From the NCBI GenBank assembly GCA_964022095.1, contig CAXHZO010000003.1, forward strand, positions 96,001 through 160,000: DNA of 64,000 nucleotides. The letters are read 5' to 3'. The stretch comes from an uncultured Arcobacteraceae bacterium (GTDB lineage Bacteria > Campylobacterota > Campylobacteria > Campylobacterales > Arcobacteraceae). A model generated the notes under the pieces. That model was not told where the DNA came from. It saw only the letters and a program-made list of their open reading frames with translations, and searched no databases. A program made the position numbers and the translations under genes. Position 1 is the first letter of the stretch, and every line of letters starts with the position of its first letter. This document shows positions 1 to 11,124 of this stretch, one piece after another.

Positions 1-4
1 AGGC

Positions 5-673
5 ATGACAAAACTAGTTAAAAATCGAATTTTAAAACAATTACACTACATGAAATCTATAGGATATAATTATCATGAAACCTTAGATCTATTCACTTCT
101 GATATTAAAAATTTCACATTACCAAATTCTATTGATGAATTGCGTAATATTTGTGAGCATTGTCATTTGTGTGAACTTTCTAAAAGTAGAAAAAATGTCT
201 TGTTTGGATATGGAAACAGATATTCTGATATTATGTTCATATCTGATGAACCAACTAATAGTGAAGATGAATTAGGTGAGTTTTACAGTGGAAAAGCGGG
301 TGAGCTTTTAAAAAATATGATTGAAAATGTTTTAAAAGTTCAAAAAGAAGATGTATATTTAACAAGTTTAGTAAAATGTAAAAGTTCAACAGGTATAAAT
401 ACTTCTAGTGTTGATACTTGTAATGACTATTTATTAAAACAAATTGAGTTAATAAAACCAAAACTTATAGTTGTTTTAGGTGATAAAGCGTATTCACATC
501 TACTTAAAAATAGTAATGATTTTTCTCAAGTTAGAGGTAAAGAATTACTTTTTAATAATACAAAATTAATAACTACATTTTCTGCATCATTTTTATTAAG
601 AAATCCTTCTTCAAAAAAAGATGCATATTATGATATGTTAAAAATTAAAAACATTATGGAGAATTTAGTTTGA
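5..673 (+). CDS. Uracil-DNA glycosylase family 4-like Fe-S protein, catalytic motifs divergent
   Basis: CxxCxLC..RKNVLFGYGN, FxGKAGELL, LVKC and LLRNP segments typical of family-4 UDG. Confidence 0.8.
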   Translation: MTKLVKNRILKQLHYMKSIGYNYHETLDLFTSDIKNFTLPNSIDELRNICEHCHLCELSKSRKNVLFGYGNRYSDIMFISDEPTNSEDELGEFYSGKAGELLKNMIENVLKVQKEDVYLTSLVKCKSSTGINTSSVDTCNDYLLKQIELIKPKLIVVLGDKAYSHLLKNSNDFSQVRGKELLFNNTKLITTFSASFLLRNPSSKKDAYYDMLKIKNIMENLV

Positions 674-1785
674 GATATTTATTAAGTTTTATAATTGCTG
701 TATTTATATTTACAGGTTGTTCTCAAAAAGAACAAGTTATTGATATGAAAATTCCTAATGAAAATTTAGGTACACCTATTGAAAAACCAGAATCAAAAGT
801 TACTGAAATTATTGAAGGTCTTGAAGAGCTTGAAATTGAAGAAGAAGTTGTTCCTTTTTTAGATTCACAAGAGAAGGTAAAGGTAGCTTTTATTTACCCT
901 TCTAAATATGTTGCAAAATATGCAAAACGTGCTATGGCAACAATTTTAGGGTACTTGTCTTTTAAAGATGTAGATTATGATTTAAAAGTTTTAGATACTA
1001 AAGATGAATCAATAATAAATATTCAAAGTGCATTTGAGACTTTAAAGCAGCAAGAATACAATAATGTAATTGCACTTTTTACACCAAGAGTTAATGCGCA
1101 ACTACAACAGTTAGATTTAAATGATATGAGAGTGTATTTGCCATTAGTTGAAAAAAATGATTTAATTGATACTAAGAGCAATTTTATATATGGTTCTATT
1201 TCATATGATGAACAAATCAAAAAACTTATTGAGTTCTCTCCTAGTGTAAAAAATACAATGTTTTATCAAGACTCTTTTTTAGGGAAAAGACTAAAAACAA
1301 AGTTTGAGTCTTTGGGTGTGAGTATTTCTGTTGAAAAAATGATTAAGAAAAAAAGGAACTATTTTAGAGGTTTAGTTAAAGATTATAGATTAAACAACTC
1401 TACAGTATTCTTAAATACAGATATTGTAAAAACTTCACTTATTCTGTCTCAAATGACTGCATATAGGGTTAATCCTAATTTAGTAATGTCAACACAGAAC
1501 AACTATGACCCAAAATTAATTTCATTAACACAAGCTAAAGATAGAGAAAAATTTGTTGTTGCAAACTCTATTGATGATATTGATGAAAAATTAGAAGATA
1601 GTATTGAAACATTTGGTGCAAATGTAAAGTATGAATGGGTTGATTATTCAGTATTAGTTGGTATAAATTATCTATTTGATTCAAACAATAGTGGATTGAT
1701 TCTTACTAAAGTTGAAGATAATAAAGTAGTATATGAACCAAGACTATTTAAAAGTACTGCATTTGGTTTTATTGAAATTAAGTAA
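670..1785 (+). CDS. Lipoprotein of unknown function
   Basis: Signal peptide with lipobox FTGC; 371 aa; overlaps upstream stop. Confidence 0.7.
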   Translation: MRYLLSFIIAVFIFTGCSQKEQVIDMKIPNENLGTPIEKPESKVTEIIEGLEELEIEEEVVPFLDSQEKVKVAFIYPSKYVAKYAKRAMATILGYLSFKDVDYDLKVLDTKDESIINIQSAFETLKQQEYNNVIALFTPRVNAQLQQLDLNDMRVYLPLVEKNDLIDTKSNFIYGSISYDEQIKKLIEFSPSVKNTMFYQDSFLGKRLKTKFESLGVSISVEKMIKKKRNYFRGLVKDYRLNNSTVFLNTDIVKTSLILSQMTAYRVNPNLVMSTQNNYDPKLISLTQAKDREKFVVANSIDDIDEKLEDSIETFGANVKYEWVDYSVLVGINYLFDSNNSGLILTKVEDNKVVYEPRLFKSTAFGFIEIK

Positions 1786-1829
1786 GATTTAGATAAAATC
1801 GCGAATATTTATGTAAACGGAGTTAAGAA

Positions 1830-3584
1830 TTGAGAACACATTATTGTACTGACGTAACTGAAAAAAACATTGGTGAGACTGTAACTGTTGCTGGTTGGGT
1901 AAACAGTAGAAGAGATCACGGTGGAATTATATTTATTGACTTAAGAGACAAAGGTGGTTTAGTTCAGCTAGTAGCTGATCCACAAGATAGTCAAGAAGCA
2001 TTAAACATTGCAGAGACTGTAAGAGACGAGTTTGTTTTAGTAGCAACTGGTAAAGTAAGAGCTAGAGGTGAAGGTTTAGAAAACCCTAATTTAGTAACTG
2101 GGAAAATTGAAATTATTTTAGATGAATTAGTAATTGAAAATAAATCTAAGCCTATGCCATTTGATTTAAATGATGAAAAAGTTAATGATGAAATTAAATT
2201 AAGAAATAGATTCTTAGAATTAAGATCAAGAAAATCTTATGAAATTTTTCAATTAAGATCTAAAGCAGCTATCCAAGTTAGAAATACTTTAGATGAATTA
2301 GGTTTCTTAGATGTTGAAACTCCAATATTAACTAAATCAACTCCAGAAGGTGCTAGAGATTATCTTGTACCATCAAGAGTACACCCAGGTGAATTTTACG
2401 CATTACCTCAATCACCTCAATTATTTAAACAATTATTAATGGTATCAGGATTTGATAAATATTTTCAAATAGCAAAATGTTTTAGAGATGAAGATTTAAG
2501 AGCTGATAGACAACCTGAATTTACTCAAATAGATGTTGAAATGAGTTTTTGTGATCAAGAAGATGTAATTAAAGTTGCAGAAAAATTAATTTACGATGTA
2601 TTTAAAAAATGTGGTAAAGATGTTCCTGAAACATTCCCTAGAATGAGATATTGGGATGCAATGGAAACTTATGGTAGTGATAAACCAGATACTAGATTTG
2701 AAATGCCATTAGTTGATGTAATTGATATTTTTGCTAACTCAACAAATGAAATTTTTGCTGATATTGCAAAAGATAAGAAAAACAATAGAATCAAAGCACT
2801 TAAATGTCCAAATGGAGATAATATTTTCTCAAAAAGACAAATGAAAGGTTTTGAAGATTACGTTAGAAAATTTGGAGCTAAAGGTTTAGGTTACTTCCAA
2901 ATGAAAGAAGATGGTCTTAAGGGTCCATTAACAAAATTCTTCAGTGAATCAGATTTAGAAGAGATTGTCAAAGCTACAGAACTTGAAGTAGGTGATGTTG
3001 TATTCTTTGGTGCTGGTGAGAAGAAAACTGTATGGGATTACATGGGAAGATTTAGACTTTATTTAGCTGAAACTATGGATATTATTCCTGCTGATACTTT
3101 TGAGTTTTTATGGGTAGTTGACTTCCCAATGTTTGAAACTGAAGATGGTAAAACAAAAGCACTTCACCATCCATTTACAATGCCTAAGTCATTAGAAGAT
3201 ACAAGTGATTTAGAAGCTATTGAATCAATCGCTTATGATATTGTATTAAATGGAACTGAGCTAGGTGGTGGATCAATTAGAATTCATAAAGAAGAGATTC
3301 AAGCAAAAGTATTTGAACTTATGGGAATATCTGATGAAGAAGCTAGAGAAAAGTTCGGATTCTTATTAGATGCACTTCAATATGGTGCTCCAAGTCATGG
3401 TGGATTTGCTATGGGACTTGATAGAATGATTATGTTACTTGCAGGAACTGATTCTATTAGAGATGTAATTGCTTTCCCTAAAACTCAAAAAGCACAATGT
3501 TTATTAACTCAAGCACCATCAGAGATTGATGCTGAACAATTAAAAGAGTTAAGTCTAAGAGTTAGAAAACCTATTACTGAGTAG
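1830..3584 (+). CDS. aspS: Aspartate--tRNA ligase
   Basis: [46 protein letters not shown] motifs; TTG start. Confidence 0.98.
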   Translation: MRTHYCTDVTEKNIGETVTVAGWVNSRRDHGGIIFIDLRDKGGLVQLVADPQDSQEALNIAETVRDEFVLVATGKVRARGEGLENPNLVTGKIEIILDELVIENKSKPMPFDLNDEKVNDEIKLRNRFLELRSRKSYEIFQLRSKAAIQVRNTLDELGFLDVETPILTKSTPEGARDYLVPSRVHPGEFYALPQSPQLFKQLLMVSGFDKYFQIAKCFRDEDLRADRQPEFTQIDVEMSFCDQEDVIKVAEKLIYDVFKKCGKDVPETFPRMRYWDAMETYGSDKPDTRFEMPLVDVIDIFANSTNEIFADIAKDKKNNRIKALKCPNGDNIFSKRQMKGFEDYVRKFGAKGLGYFQMKEDGLKGPLTKFFSESDLEEIVKATELEVGDVVFFGAGEKKTVWDYMGRFRLYLAETMDIIPADTFEFLWVVDFPMFETEDGKTKALHHPFTMPKSLEDTSDLEAIESIAYDIVLNGTELGGGSIRIHKEEIQAKVFELMGISDEEAREKFGFLLDALQYGAPSHGGFAMGLDRMIMLLAGTDSIRDVIAFPKTQKAQCLLTQAPSEIDAEQLKELSLRVRKPITE

Positions 3585-3609
3585 TAGAAAATTTTTATAG
3601 GTAGGTAGT

Positions 3610-4389
3610 ATGAAAAAGATAGCTTTATTTTTACTCCTGCCTATTATATTACTTGCTAAATTTCAAGTAACTACATATTTCCCTTTAGAAACCTACATAG
3701 CTAAGTATATTGGCAAAAAACAAATTAGAGTAAAACAAATAAATAATAGATATTTAGCTGAAAAAAGAGAGATATCTGAATTTGAACTATCTAAACTAGC
3801 TGATGTAAAAACTTATATATATTTAGGGTTAGATCCTGAAAAACATTATATTGAAATTTTTAAAAAATATAATCCTTATATTAGAATTTTAGATTTATCA
3901 AAAAATGTAAAACTTATGAATGACAATCCTTACTATTGGATGGATCCTTTTAACTTAAGAGTTGTAGCAAAAAATATTTATGAAGAATTTTGTTCTATTG
4001 ATAGGTATAATTGTCATTTTTATAAAAAGAATTATGATTTATTTCTAGGTGAAATTGATAAAACATTCTTGATCATAAAGAATAAATTGCTAAATTCAGA
4101 AGTTCAAAACTTATATGTAATGGGTAATTATTGGGACTATTTTGCAAAAAGATTTAGACTAAGATTACATGATAGAAAGAAAGATCATATAAAAGCAGAT
4201 GAACTAAATAATTTTTTAAAAGAGACTCAAGAAAAAAATATTTTAAAACTCATTTATTTAATGGGTGATTCATATGAATTGGCAAGTGCAATTTCTAATA
4301 GTGTAGGAATAGGCCTTATTGAGCATGATCCTTTTGAAGAAAAAATATTTTTTAATCTTAAACTACTTTCTCAGGAAATATCTAAATAA
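3610..4389 (+). CDS. ZnuA/TroA-like ABC substrate-binding protein, orphan and divergent
   Basis: Signal peptide, VTTYFPL, NPYYWMDP, WDYFAKRF pattern of cluster A-I SBPs. Confidence 0.65.
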   Translation: MKKIALFLLLPIILLAKFQVTTYFPLETYIAKYIGKKQIRVKQINNRYLAEKREISEFELSKLADVKTYIYLGLDPEKHYIEIFKKYNPYIRILDLSKNVKLMNDNPYYWMDPFNLRVVAKNIYEEFCSIDRYNCHFYKKNYDLFLGEIDKTFLIIKNKLLNSEVQNLYVMGNYWDYFAKRFRLRLHDRKKDHIKADELNNFLKETQEKNILKLIYLMGDSYELASAISNSVGIGLIEHDPFEEKIFFNLKLLSQEISK

Positions 4390-4493
4390 ATTATAAAATC
4401 TAATTGTTTATAAAGTAAACAGCTGTATATCTAAAAAATAACTCAAAAGTGATAATATTACTCTATATAAAATAAACACTTATAGAGGTTATT

Positions 4494-7067
4494 ATGACTA
4501 TGAATTATAAAGGTATAAATATCAAATCAGTTTTATACCCAATGATAAAATATATTGAAGATGTAGATAAATACAGAGAAGAGTTAGGAAGACTTAGCTC
4601 ATCTTGGGATATTTTAGCACTTTTAGGGCAGCTTGGTGATATCAATATTGATATTGGAAAAACAAAAGAAAACTTTTTAAACCTAACTTCTACACTATTA
4701 AATCACTTGAGTGAACAACAAGTAAATAAAGTAAAAAGTGAAATGACTTTTAAATCACAAGTTGCAATTGATATTGTAATTAGAAACTTATTTGAAAGAA
4801 CAGCTGATATTGGATTTTTAGCAACAGATGATGATATTAGAGATTTTGTAAGAAATTACAAGTCTAAGTATGATGATGAATCAAAAGAGTTAAAAAAAGT
4901 AATAATAGAAAGATTTAAAGAGTATGTAGCTAAATATTCTGTTTATTTTGATATTGTTTTATCAGACACAAAAGGAAATATTTTAGCAAGACTAAATGAG
5001 TCCTCAACAGTTGAAAAAATTGATAATAACTACATAGAAAAAGTTTTAAATACAAATGATGAGTATGTTGAAACATACAAGTATCATAATTTTTTACCAG
5101 AATATAAAAAGTCATTAGTTTATTCATATAAAGTAAGCCAATCAAATAATTCCAATTCTGAAAATATAGCTGTTTTATCTTTGTGTTTTAGATTCACTGA
5201 TGAAATGAAAGGCATATTTGAAAATCTTGTTGATACATCCAATAAAGAGTGTCTTACTATCTTAGATGAAAAAGGTTTTGTAATTGCATCAAGTGATAAA
5301 TATCATATTCCTCTTGGTGTTGAGCTGCAAATCATTGAGAATGAAGATTATAAAATTGTATCTTTTGCAGGAAGAGATTATATTGCTAAAAGTTGTAAAA
5401 CAAATGGATATCAAGGTTTTCATGGACTAAATTGGTATGGACATGTAATGATTCCTTTGGAGTATGCTTTTTTAAGTGATATGTCTTCTGAAACTATTGA
5501 TAATGAAGATATTTTACAAGCTATGATGAATAATAAAATACACTTTCCAAAAGAGCTAAAAGATGTATTTCAAAAAAGTAAATCTATACAAGATAATCTT
5601 CAAAGAGTTATTTGGAATGGTAATATTGTTCAAAGTAAGTTAAACTCAACTAATAAAGAGTTCTCTAAATCTTTATTATCAGAAATTGGAGTAACAGGAA
5701 CTAAAGCAAACTCTTCTTTAGAAAATTTAAATCAAACAATTATTAGTTCAATTTTAAATGAAAGTGAATTTTTATCTTCATTGGCAATTGATATTATGGA
5801 TAGAAATCTTTATGAAAGAGCAAATGATTGTAGATGGTGGGCATTAACTTCATATTTTAGAGAAACTTTTGATGATACTAATAGTTTAATAAGTAAAAAA
5901 AATGAAATCACATCAATTTTAAAATATATCAATGACTTATATACAGTATATACAAACCTTTTAATTTTTGATAAAAATGGAAAAGTAATTGCTGTTTCAA
6001 ATGACAGCCAAGAGTATTTAGTTGGCAAGATTCTAAATGATGAGTGGGTAGATAGAACTTTAACTTTAAATGATACTTCAAAGTATTGTGTATCAAATTT
6101 TGAAAAAACTACACTTTACAATAATGAGTCAACTTATATTTATTGTGCAGGTATTAGATCACTTAAAAATCAAAATTTAATAAATGGTGGAATAGCAATT
6201 GTTTTTGATTCTACTCCTCAATTTAGTTCAATGTTAGAAGATACACTTCCAAAAAATGAGCTATTAGAAAGAAATGATGTATTTGCAATTTTTGCAAATA
6301 GAAATAAAAAGATAATATCTTCTACTAATGATAAACTTCTTATAGATGCAACTTTAAATTTAGATGATGAATTTTTTGAAATAAAAAATGGTGAAAATAG
6401 AAGTAAAATAGTAGAACTTGGAAATAGTTATTATGCAGTTGGTGTTAAGTGCTCTTCAGGCTATAGAGAATTTAAAAGTAGTATTGATGATTATAGAAAT
6501 GATGTGCTTTCTATTGTTTTTATAAAAATAGGAAATAAGCAAGAAAAAATTACTCTTACAAGAGACGATAATCCATTTATACAAAATTTAAAAAAGAAAA
6601 AAAGTGATACTAATATCGAATTAGCAACATTTTATATTGGAAATAAATTCTTAGCAGTTAAAGCTGAAAATGTAGTTGAATCAATTGGTATTGATGAGTT
6701 AAAAGAATCAATTGATATGGATAAGAACAATCACTTCAAAGGAATGGTGTTACATAATGATAAACTAGTTGCTATTTTAGATATTAGAGATTTTATAAAT
6801 GAAGAGATTACAAATGAAGATTTAACAAATATAATACTTATGCAGTATGATAAAGATAATATTGAACACTGTGTTGGAATATTAGTTTCGTCATTGGAAA
6901 ATATATCATTGGTTGAAAAAAAATCTATTCAAAATATACAACAACACTTTTTAGGAGCAGGGACATTAGTAGAGAGTTTAGTTGATATTGATGATTATGA
7001 AAAGTCAAAACCTGCAATGCTTTTAAATATCAAAAAGATTGATGATAATTTAACTCAAAAGGTTTAA
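4494..7067 (+). CDS. Soluble protein with duplicated Cache-like modules and C-terminal CheW domain
   Basis: Two AIDIxxRNLxERxxD repeats; C-terminal ATFYIG..VVES..KGMV..VAILD..GILV CheW-like pattern; no TM segment. Confidence 0.75.
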   Translation: MTMNYKGINIKSVLYPMIKYIEDVDKYREELGRLSSSWDILALLGQLGDINIDIGKTKENFLNLTSTLLNHLSEQQVNKVKSEMTFKSQVAIDIVIRNLFERTADIGFLATDDDIRDFVRNYKSKYDDESKELKKVIIERFKEYVAKYSVYFDIVLSDTKGNILARLNESSTVEKIDNNYIEKVLNTNDEYVETYKYHNFLPEYKKSLVYSYKVSQSNNSNSENIAVLSLCFRFTDEMKGIFENLVDTSNKECLTILDEKGFVIASSDKYHIPLGVELQIIENEDYKIVSFAGRDYIAKSCKTNGYQGFHGLNWYGHVMIPLEYAFLSDMSSETIDNEDILQAMMNNKIHFPKELKDVFQKSKSIQDNLQRVIWNGNIVQSKLNSTNKEFSKSLLSEIGVTGTKANSSLENLNQTIISSILNESEFLSSLAIDIMDRNLYERANDCRWWALTSYFRETFDDTNSLISKKNEITSILKYINDLYTVYTNLLIFDKNGKVIAVSNDSQEYLVGKILNDEWVDRTLTLNDTSKYCVSNFEKTTLYNNESTYIYCAGIRSLKNQNLINGGIAIVFDSTPQFSSMLEDTLPKNELLERNDVFAIFANRNKKIISSTNDKLLIDATLNLDDEFFEIKNGENRSKIVELGNSYYAVGVKCSSGYREFKSSIDDYRNDVLSIVFIKIGNKQEKITLTRDDNPFIQNLKKKKSDTNIELATFYIGNKFLAVKAENVVESIGIDELKESIDMDKNNHFKGMVLHNDKLVAILDIRDFINEEITNEDLTNIILMQYDKDNIEHCVGILVSSLENISLVEKKSIQNIQQHFLGAGTLVESLVDIDDYEKSKPAMLLNIKKIDDNLTQKV

Positions 7068-7158
7068 TAAATTTATTTATAGTAGTGTTAACATATATTT
7101 GGGCAAAATACGAAAAAGTATTATAGATTTTATAAATTATTAAAAAGAAGAAAATATT

Positions 7159-8931
7159 ATGAGTAATGTAAATAAACCAAATAGATTTTTACCTACTACT
7201 AGAAAAGAGATGGAAGAGCGTGGTTGGCACGAACTTGATGTTATTTTAATAACAGGTGATGCATATATTGATTCACCTTTTATGGGAATAGCAGTTGTAG
7301 GAAGAATATTAGAAGACATGGGTCTTAGGGTTGGAATAATTGGCCAACCTGATGTTGATAGTGATGTTGATGTAAAAAGATTAGGTGAGCCTAAACTATT
7401 TTGGGGAGTTAGTGGTGGAAGTATTGATTCTATGGTTTCAAACTACACTGCAACTAAAAAGTTTAGAAACTCTGATGATTATACTCCAGGTGGAAAAAAT
7501 ACTAAAAGACCAGATAGAGCTACTTTAGTATATACAAACTTAATTAGAAGATATTATAAAGATACAGTTCCTATTGTATTAGGTGGTATTGAAGCTAGTT
7601 TAAGAAGACTTACTCACTATGACTACTGGACAAATAAATTAAGAAAACCAATTTTATTTGATTCAAAAGCTGATTATATGGTTTATGGTATGGGTGAACA
7701 AGCTATTATCGATCTTGGTAATTATCTAAAAGAGGGTAAAGATCCAAGGGAGATTAGAGGACTTTGTTATATCTCAAAAGAAGCACCTCAGGGTGAAGAT
7801 TTTAAAGAGATACCATCTCACCAAGAGTGTTTAGATGATAAAGAAAAATATATAGATCTTTTCAAAGAATTTTATGATAATAATGATCCAATGTACTCAA
7901 AAGGTCTTTATCAAAAAATTGATAGTAGATATTTAGTTCAAAATCCACCAAGTCGTCATATGGAAGAAGAAGAGATGGATAATATCGCTTCATATCCATA
8001 TCAAAGAGATGCACATCCAATTCATGCAAAAGAGGGTAAGGTTAAGTGTTTAGAGACTATTAAATTCTCTATTATGACTCACCATGGATGTTGGGGAGAG
8101 TGTAACTTCTGTGCAATTGCAGCCCACCAAGGAAGAACAATTAGAACAAGAAGTGAAGATAATATCTTAAAAGAAGCAAAACACTTTACGACTATGAAAG
8201 ATTTTAAAGGAATTATTTCAGATGTTGGAGGTCCAACTGCTAATATGTATGGATATGAGTGTAAAAAGAAAATGAATCTTGGAACTTGTGTTGACAATAA
8301 AAGATGTGTTGATGCTCATAGACTTTGTAGAACAATGAAAGTTGACCATAGTAGAAACATACAACTTTTAAAAGATATTAGAGCAGTACCTGGTATTAAA
8401 AAAGCTTTTGTAGCATCAGGTGTACGGTATGATTTAATTACTGCTGATAAAAAACATGGGAAGCAGTACTTAAAAGAGATGGTTGATCATCATATCTCAG
8501 GACAGATGAAAGTAGCTCCAGAGCATACAAATGATGAGGTATTACATCACATGGGTAAACCAGGTAAGCAAACTCTAATTGATTTTAAAAAAATGTATGA
8601 TGATTTAAATAAAGAATCTGGCAAAAAACAGTTTTTAACATACTATTTAATTGCTGCACATCCAGGATGTGAAGATAAGCATATGCATGAGTTAAAACAG
8701 TTTACAACTCATGAATTAAAAATGAACCCAGAACAAGCACAAGTATTTACTCCAACTCCAGGAACTTACTCTGCTGTTATGTACTATACTGAAATGGATC
8801 CATTTACAAAGAAAAAAATCTTCGTAGAAAAAGACCAAAGAAGAAAAGAAAAACAAAAAGAGATTGTAATTGAGAAAAAAAGATTTGGTGGAAAAAATAA
8901 AAAGAGTTATAGTTCTGGAATGCAGGGTTAA
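7159..8931 (+). CDS. YgiQ (UPF0313) family radical SAM protein
   Basis: FLPTT, GDAYIDSP, GGIEASLRR, GCWGECNFC (CxxxCxxC), APEH, AAHPG. Confidence 0.93.
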   Translation: MSNVNKPNRFLPTTRKEMEERGWHELDVILITGDAYIDSPFMGIAVVGRILEDMGLRVGIIGQPDVDSDVDVKRLGEPKLFWGVSGGSIDSMVSNYTATKKFRNSDDYTPGGKNTKRPDRATLVYTNLIRRYYKDTVPIVLGGIEASLRRLTHYDYWTNKLRKPILFDSKADYMVYGMGEQAIIDLGNYLKEGKDPREIRGLCYISKEAPQGEDFKEIPSHQECLDDKEKYIDLFKEFYDNNDPMYSKGLYQKIDSRYLVQNPPSRHMEEEEMDNIASYPYQRDAHPIHAKEGKVKCLETIKFSIMTHHGCWGECNFCAIAAHQGRTIRTRSEDNILKEAKHFTTMKDFKGIISDVGGPTANMYGYECKKKMNLGTCVDNKRCVDAHRLCRTMKVDHSRNIQLLKDIRAVPGIKKAFVASGVRYDLITADKKHGKQYLKEMVDHHISGQMKVAPEHTNDEVLHHMGKPGKQTLIDFKKMYDDLNKESGKKQFLTYYLIAAHPGCEDKHMHELKQFTTHELKMNPEQAQVFTPTPGTYSAVMYYTEMDPFTKKKIFVEKDQRRKEKQKEIVIEKKRFGGKNKKSYSSGMQG

Positions 8932-8948
8932 ACTTTTTTAGAAGATAT

Positions 8949-8986
8949 AAAAAAAGGGACAACTAATATTTAGTTGCCCCTTTTTT
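8949..8986. terminator. Bidirectional intrinsic terminator
   Basis: AAAAAAAGGGACAACTAA-TAT-TTAGTTGCCCCTTTTTT hairpin between convergent genes. Confidence 0.8.
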
Positions 8987-9003
8987 ATAAGTAAATTTAA
9001 AAT

Positions 9004-9630
9004 TTACGATAATGAGTCAATCATATCTTTTGTAACTTCAGAAACATCTTTCGTTCCATCAAGTTCAACATATACACCCATATTTTTATAAAAATCAATA
9101 AGTGGAGTAGTTTGCTCATGGTATGCTGATAATCTTTTTGTAACAGTTTCTTCTGTATCATCAGCTCTTTGGATTAAATCTTCTTCTTTTTCATCAACTG
9201 GTGGGTTGAATTTAATATGATAAATTTTCCCAGTTTTTTTAGAAGTTCTTCTTCCTGTAATTCTCTCAACTATCATTTCATCTGGAACATTTAAAGATAT
9301 TACTTTATCTAAAGATATTTCCATATTTGCCATTAATTCACTTAAAGCTTCAGCTTGTGCTAACGTTCTTGGAAAACCATCTAAGATGAAACCTTTTTTA
9401 CAATCATCTTGAGCAAGTCTATCTTTGATAATACCAATGATAGTTGAATCAGGAACTAATTTTCCTTCATCCATAAATTTTTTTGCTTCCATACCCATAT
9501 CTGTTTTATCTGCAATTGCAGCTCTTAAGATATCTCCAGTTGAGATTTGTGGAATGTTGTATTTTTCAATTAAAAACTTTGCTTGAGTTCCTTTACCAGC
9601 ACCAGGTGCTCCAAATAGCATTAAATTCAT
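9004..9630 (-). CDS. adk: Adenylate kinase (LID-containing)
   Basis: GAPGAGKGTQA, ISTGDILR, LDGFPRT, QRADD; start set at MNLML with RBS AAGGA. Confidence 0.95.
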   Translation of the reverse strand: MNLMLFGAPGAGKGTQAKFLIEKYNIPQISTGDILRAAIADKTDMGMEAKKFMDEGKLVPDSTIIGIIKDRLAQDDCKKGFILDGFPRTLAQAEALSELMANMEISLDKVISLNVPDEMIVERITGRRTSKKTGKIYHIKFNPPVDEKEEDLIQRADDTEETVTKRLSAYHEQTTPLIDFYKNMGVYVELDGTKDVSEVTKDMIDSLS

Positions 9631-9778
9631 ATTGCGTTTCCTTAGTTTTTTCGTATTGTATTCAAAAACCATTTAATAATACATAAGTTTAAAACTATAC
9701 AAAAGTTTTTAATATTACATAAAGAATTTAAATGATTTTTGATACAATTGCGGCAAATAAATTCAACTAAGGTCATAA

Positions 9779-10363
9779 ATGAAGAAATTATTTCTAATTA
9801 TTGGAGCACCAGGAAGTGGAAAAACTACAGATGCCCAACTAATTGCCGCAAAACATAAAAATATAACTCATTATTCAACGGGAGATATGTTTAGAGCTGA
9901 GGTTGCAAGTGGTAGTGAACGAGGAGCTGTAATTGATAGTTATATTAGTAAAGGTTTGATTGTACCAATTGATATTGCTATTGAGACTATATTAGGAGCT
10001 ATTAAAAATACTTCTACAAACACAGTTATAATTGACGGTTATCCAAGAAGTAATGAACAAATGACTGAATTAGACAAATACTTATCAAAAGAAAAAGAAG
10101 TTGAATTAGTAAATGTAATTGAAGTTGAAGTTTCTCAAGATACTGCTTTTAAAAGAGTTCTAGGAAGAGCAGCAGATGCTTTAGAAGTTAGAGCTGATGA
10201 TAATGAAGAAGTATTTTTAAATAGAATGAAACTATATACCGAGCCATTAGAGGATATTAAATCATTTTACACACAAAAAGATTTATTAAAAGTAATAAGT
10301 GGAGAAGCTACTATTAAAGAAATAGTAGATGAAATGGATACATTTATTCAATCAAAAATTTAA
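9779..10363 (+). CDS. adk: Second adenylate kinase (short-LID type)
   Basis: GAPGSGKTTDA, YSTGDMFR, IDGYPRS, RADDN. Confidence 0.9.
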   Translation: MKKLFLIIGAPGSGKTTDAQLIAAKHKNITHYSTGDMFRAEVASGSERGAVIDSYISKGLIVPIDIAIETILGAIKNTSTNTVIIDGYPRSNEQMTELDKYLSKEKEVELVNVIEVEVSQDTAFKRVLGRAADALEVRADDNEEVFLNRMKLYTEPLEDIKSFYTQKDLLKVISGEATIKEIVDEMDTFIQSKI

Positions 10364-10368
10364 ATCTA

Positions 10369-11124
10369 ATGAGTCAAAAAGTAAACTTTTATTCAGTAAT
10401 TATTGGAACTGAATTATTAAATGGGCGAAGAAAAGACGCTCATTTTTCCTTTTTAAATGAACAACTACTAAAAAGAAACTGGGAGCATAAAGCTTCATTT
10501 GTTATTGAAGATGACCCAAAACTTATGTTTGATATTTTTAATTTAATAAAATTAGATGAAAACTCAGTAATGTTTTGTTTTGGTGGAATTGGTTCAACTC
10601 CTGATGATTATACAAGACAAACAGCTGCACGTGCTTTTACAAACTATAAAATGGAATTTCATCAAGAAGCAAAAGATTTGATTTTAACTCAATTTGGTCA
10701 GGAAGCCTATCCTCATAGAGTGAATATGGCCTATCTTCCTATAAATGCAAAGCTACTTAAAAATGTAGTAAACAATGTTGCAGGGTTTTATTTAGAAGAT
10801 AGATTCTTTTTTACACCAGGATTTCCTTCTATGAGTCAATCAATGGTTATTGAAGCTTTAGAAAAGCACTATCCTATTTCAAAAGAAAAGTACAAAAGAG
10901 TAATGACTATTGATGCAAGTGAAAATGATTTAATAGAAACTATGAAAAAAATGCCAGAGCATTTGGCTTTTGCTTCACTTCCTAAAATTATTGATGATAA
11001 AAGAAAAGTAGTAATTAGTCTTGCTGGATATGACAAAGATGAGGTAGATGAGTATTTTAATTTATTTATAAAATATTGTATAGAAAATAAAAAAGAGTAT
11101 ATTTTAAAAGATATTAATTTTTAA
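10369..11124 (+). CDS. CinA N-terminal / molybdopterin-binding domain protein
   Basis: IIGTELLNGRRKD, GGIGSTPDDYT, PGFP motifs. Confidence 0.85.
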   Translation: MSQKVNFYSVIIGTELLNGRRKDAHFSFLNEQLLKRNWEHKASFVIEDDPKLMFDIFNLIKLDENSVMFCFGGIGSTPDDYTRQTAARAFTNYKMEFHQEAKDLILTQFGQEAYPHRVNMAYLPINAKLLKNVVNNVAGFYLEDRFFFTPGFPSMSQSMVIEALEKHYPISKEKYKRVMTIDASENDLIETMKKMPEHLAFASLPKIIDDKRKVVISLAGYDKDEVDEYFNLFIKYCIENKKEYILKDINF

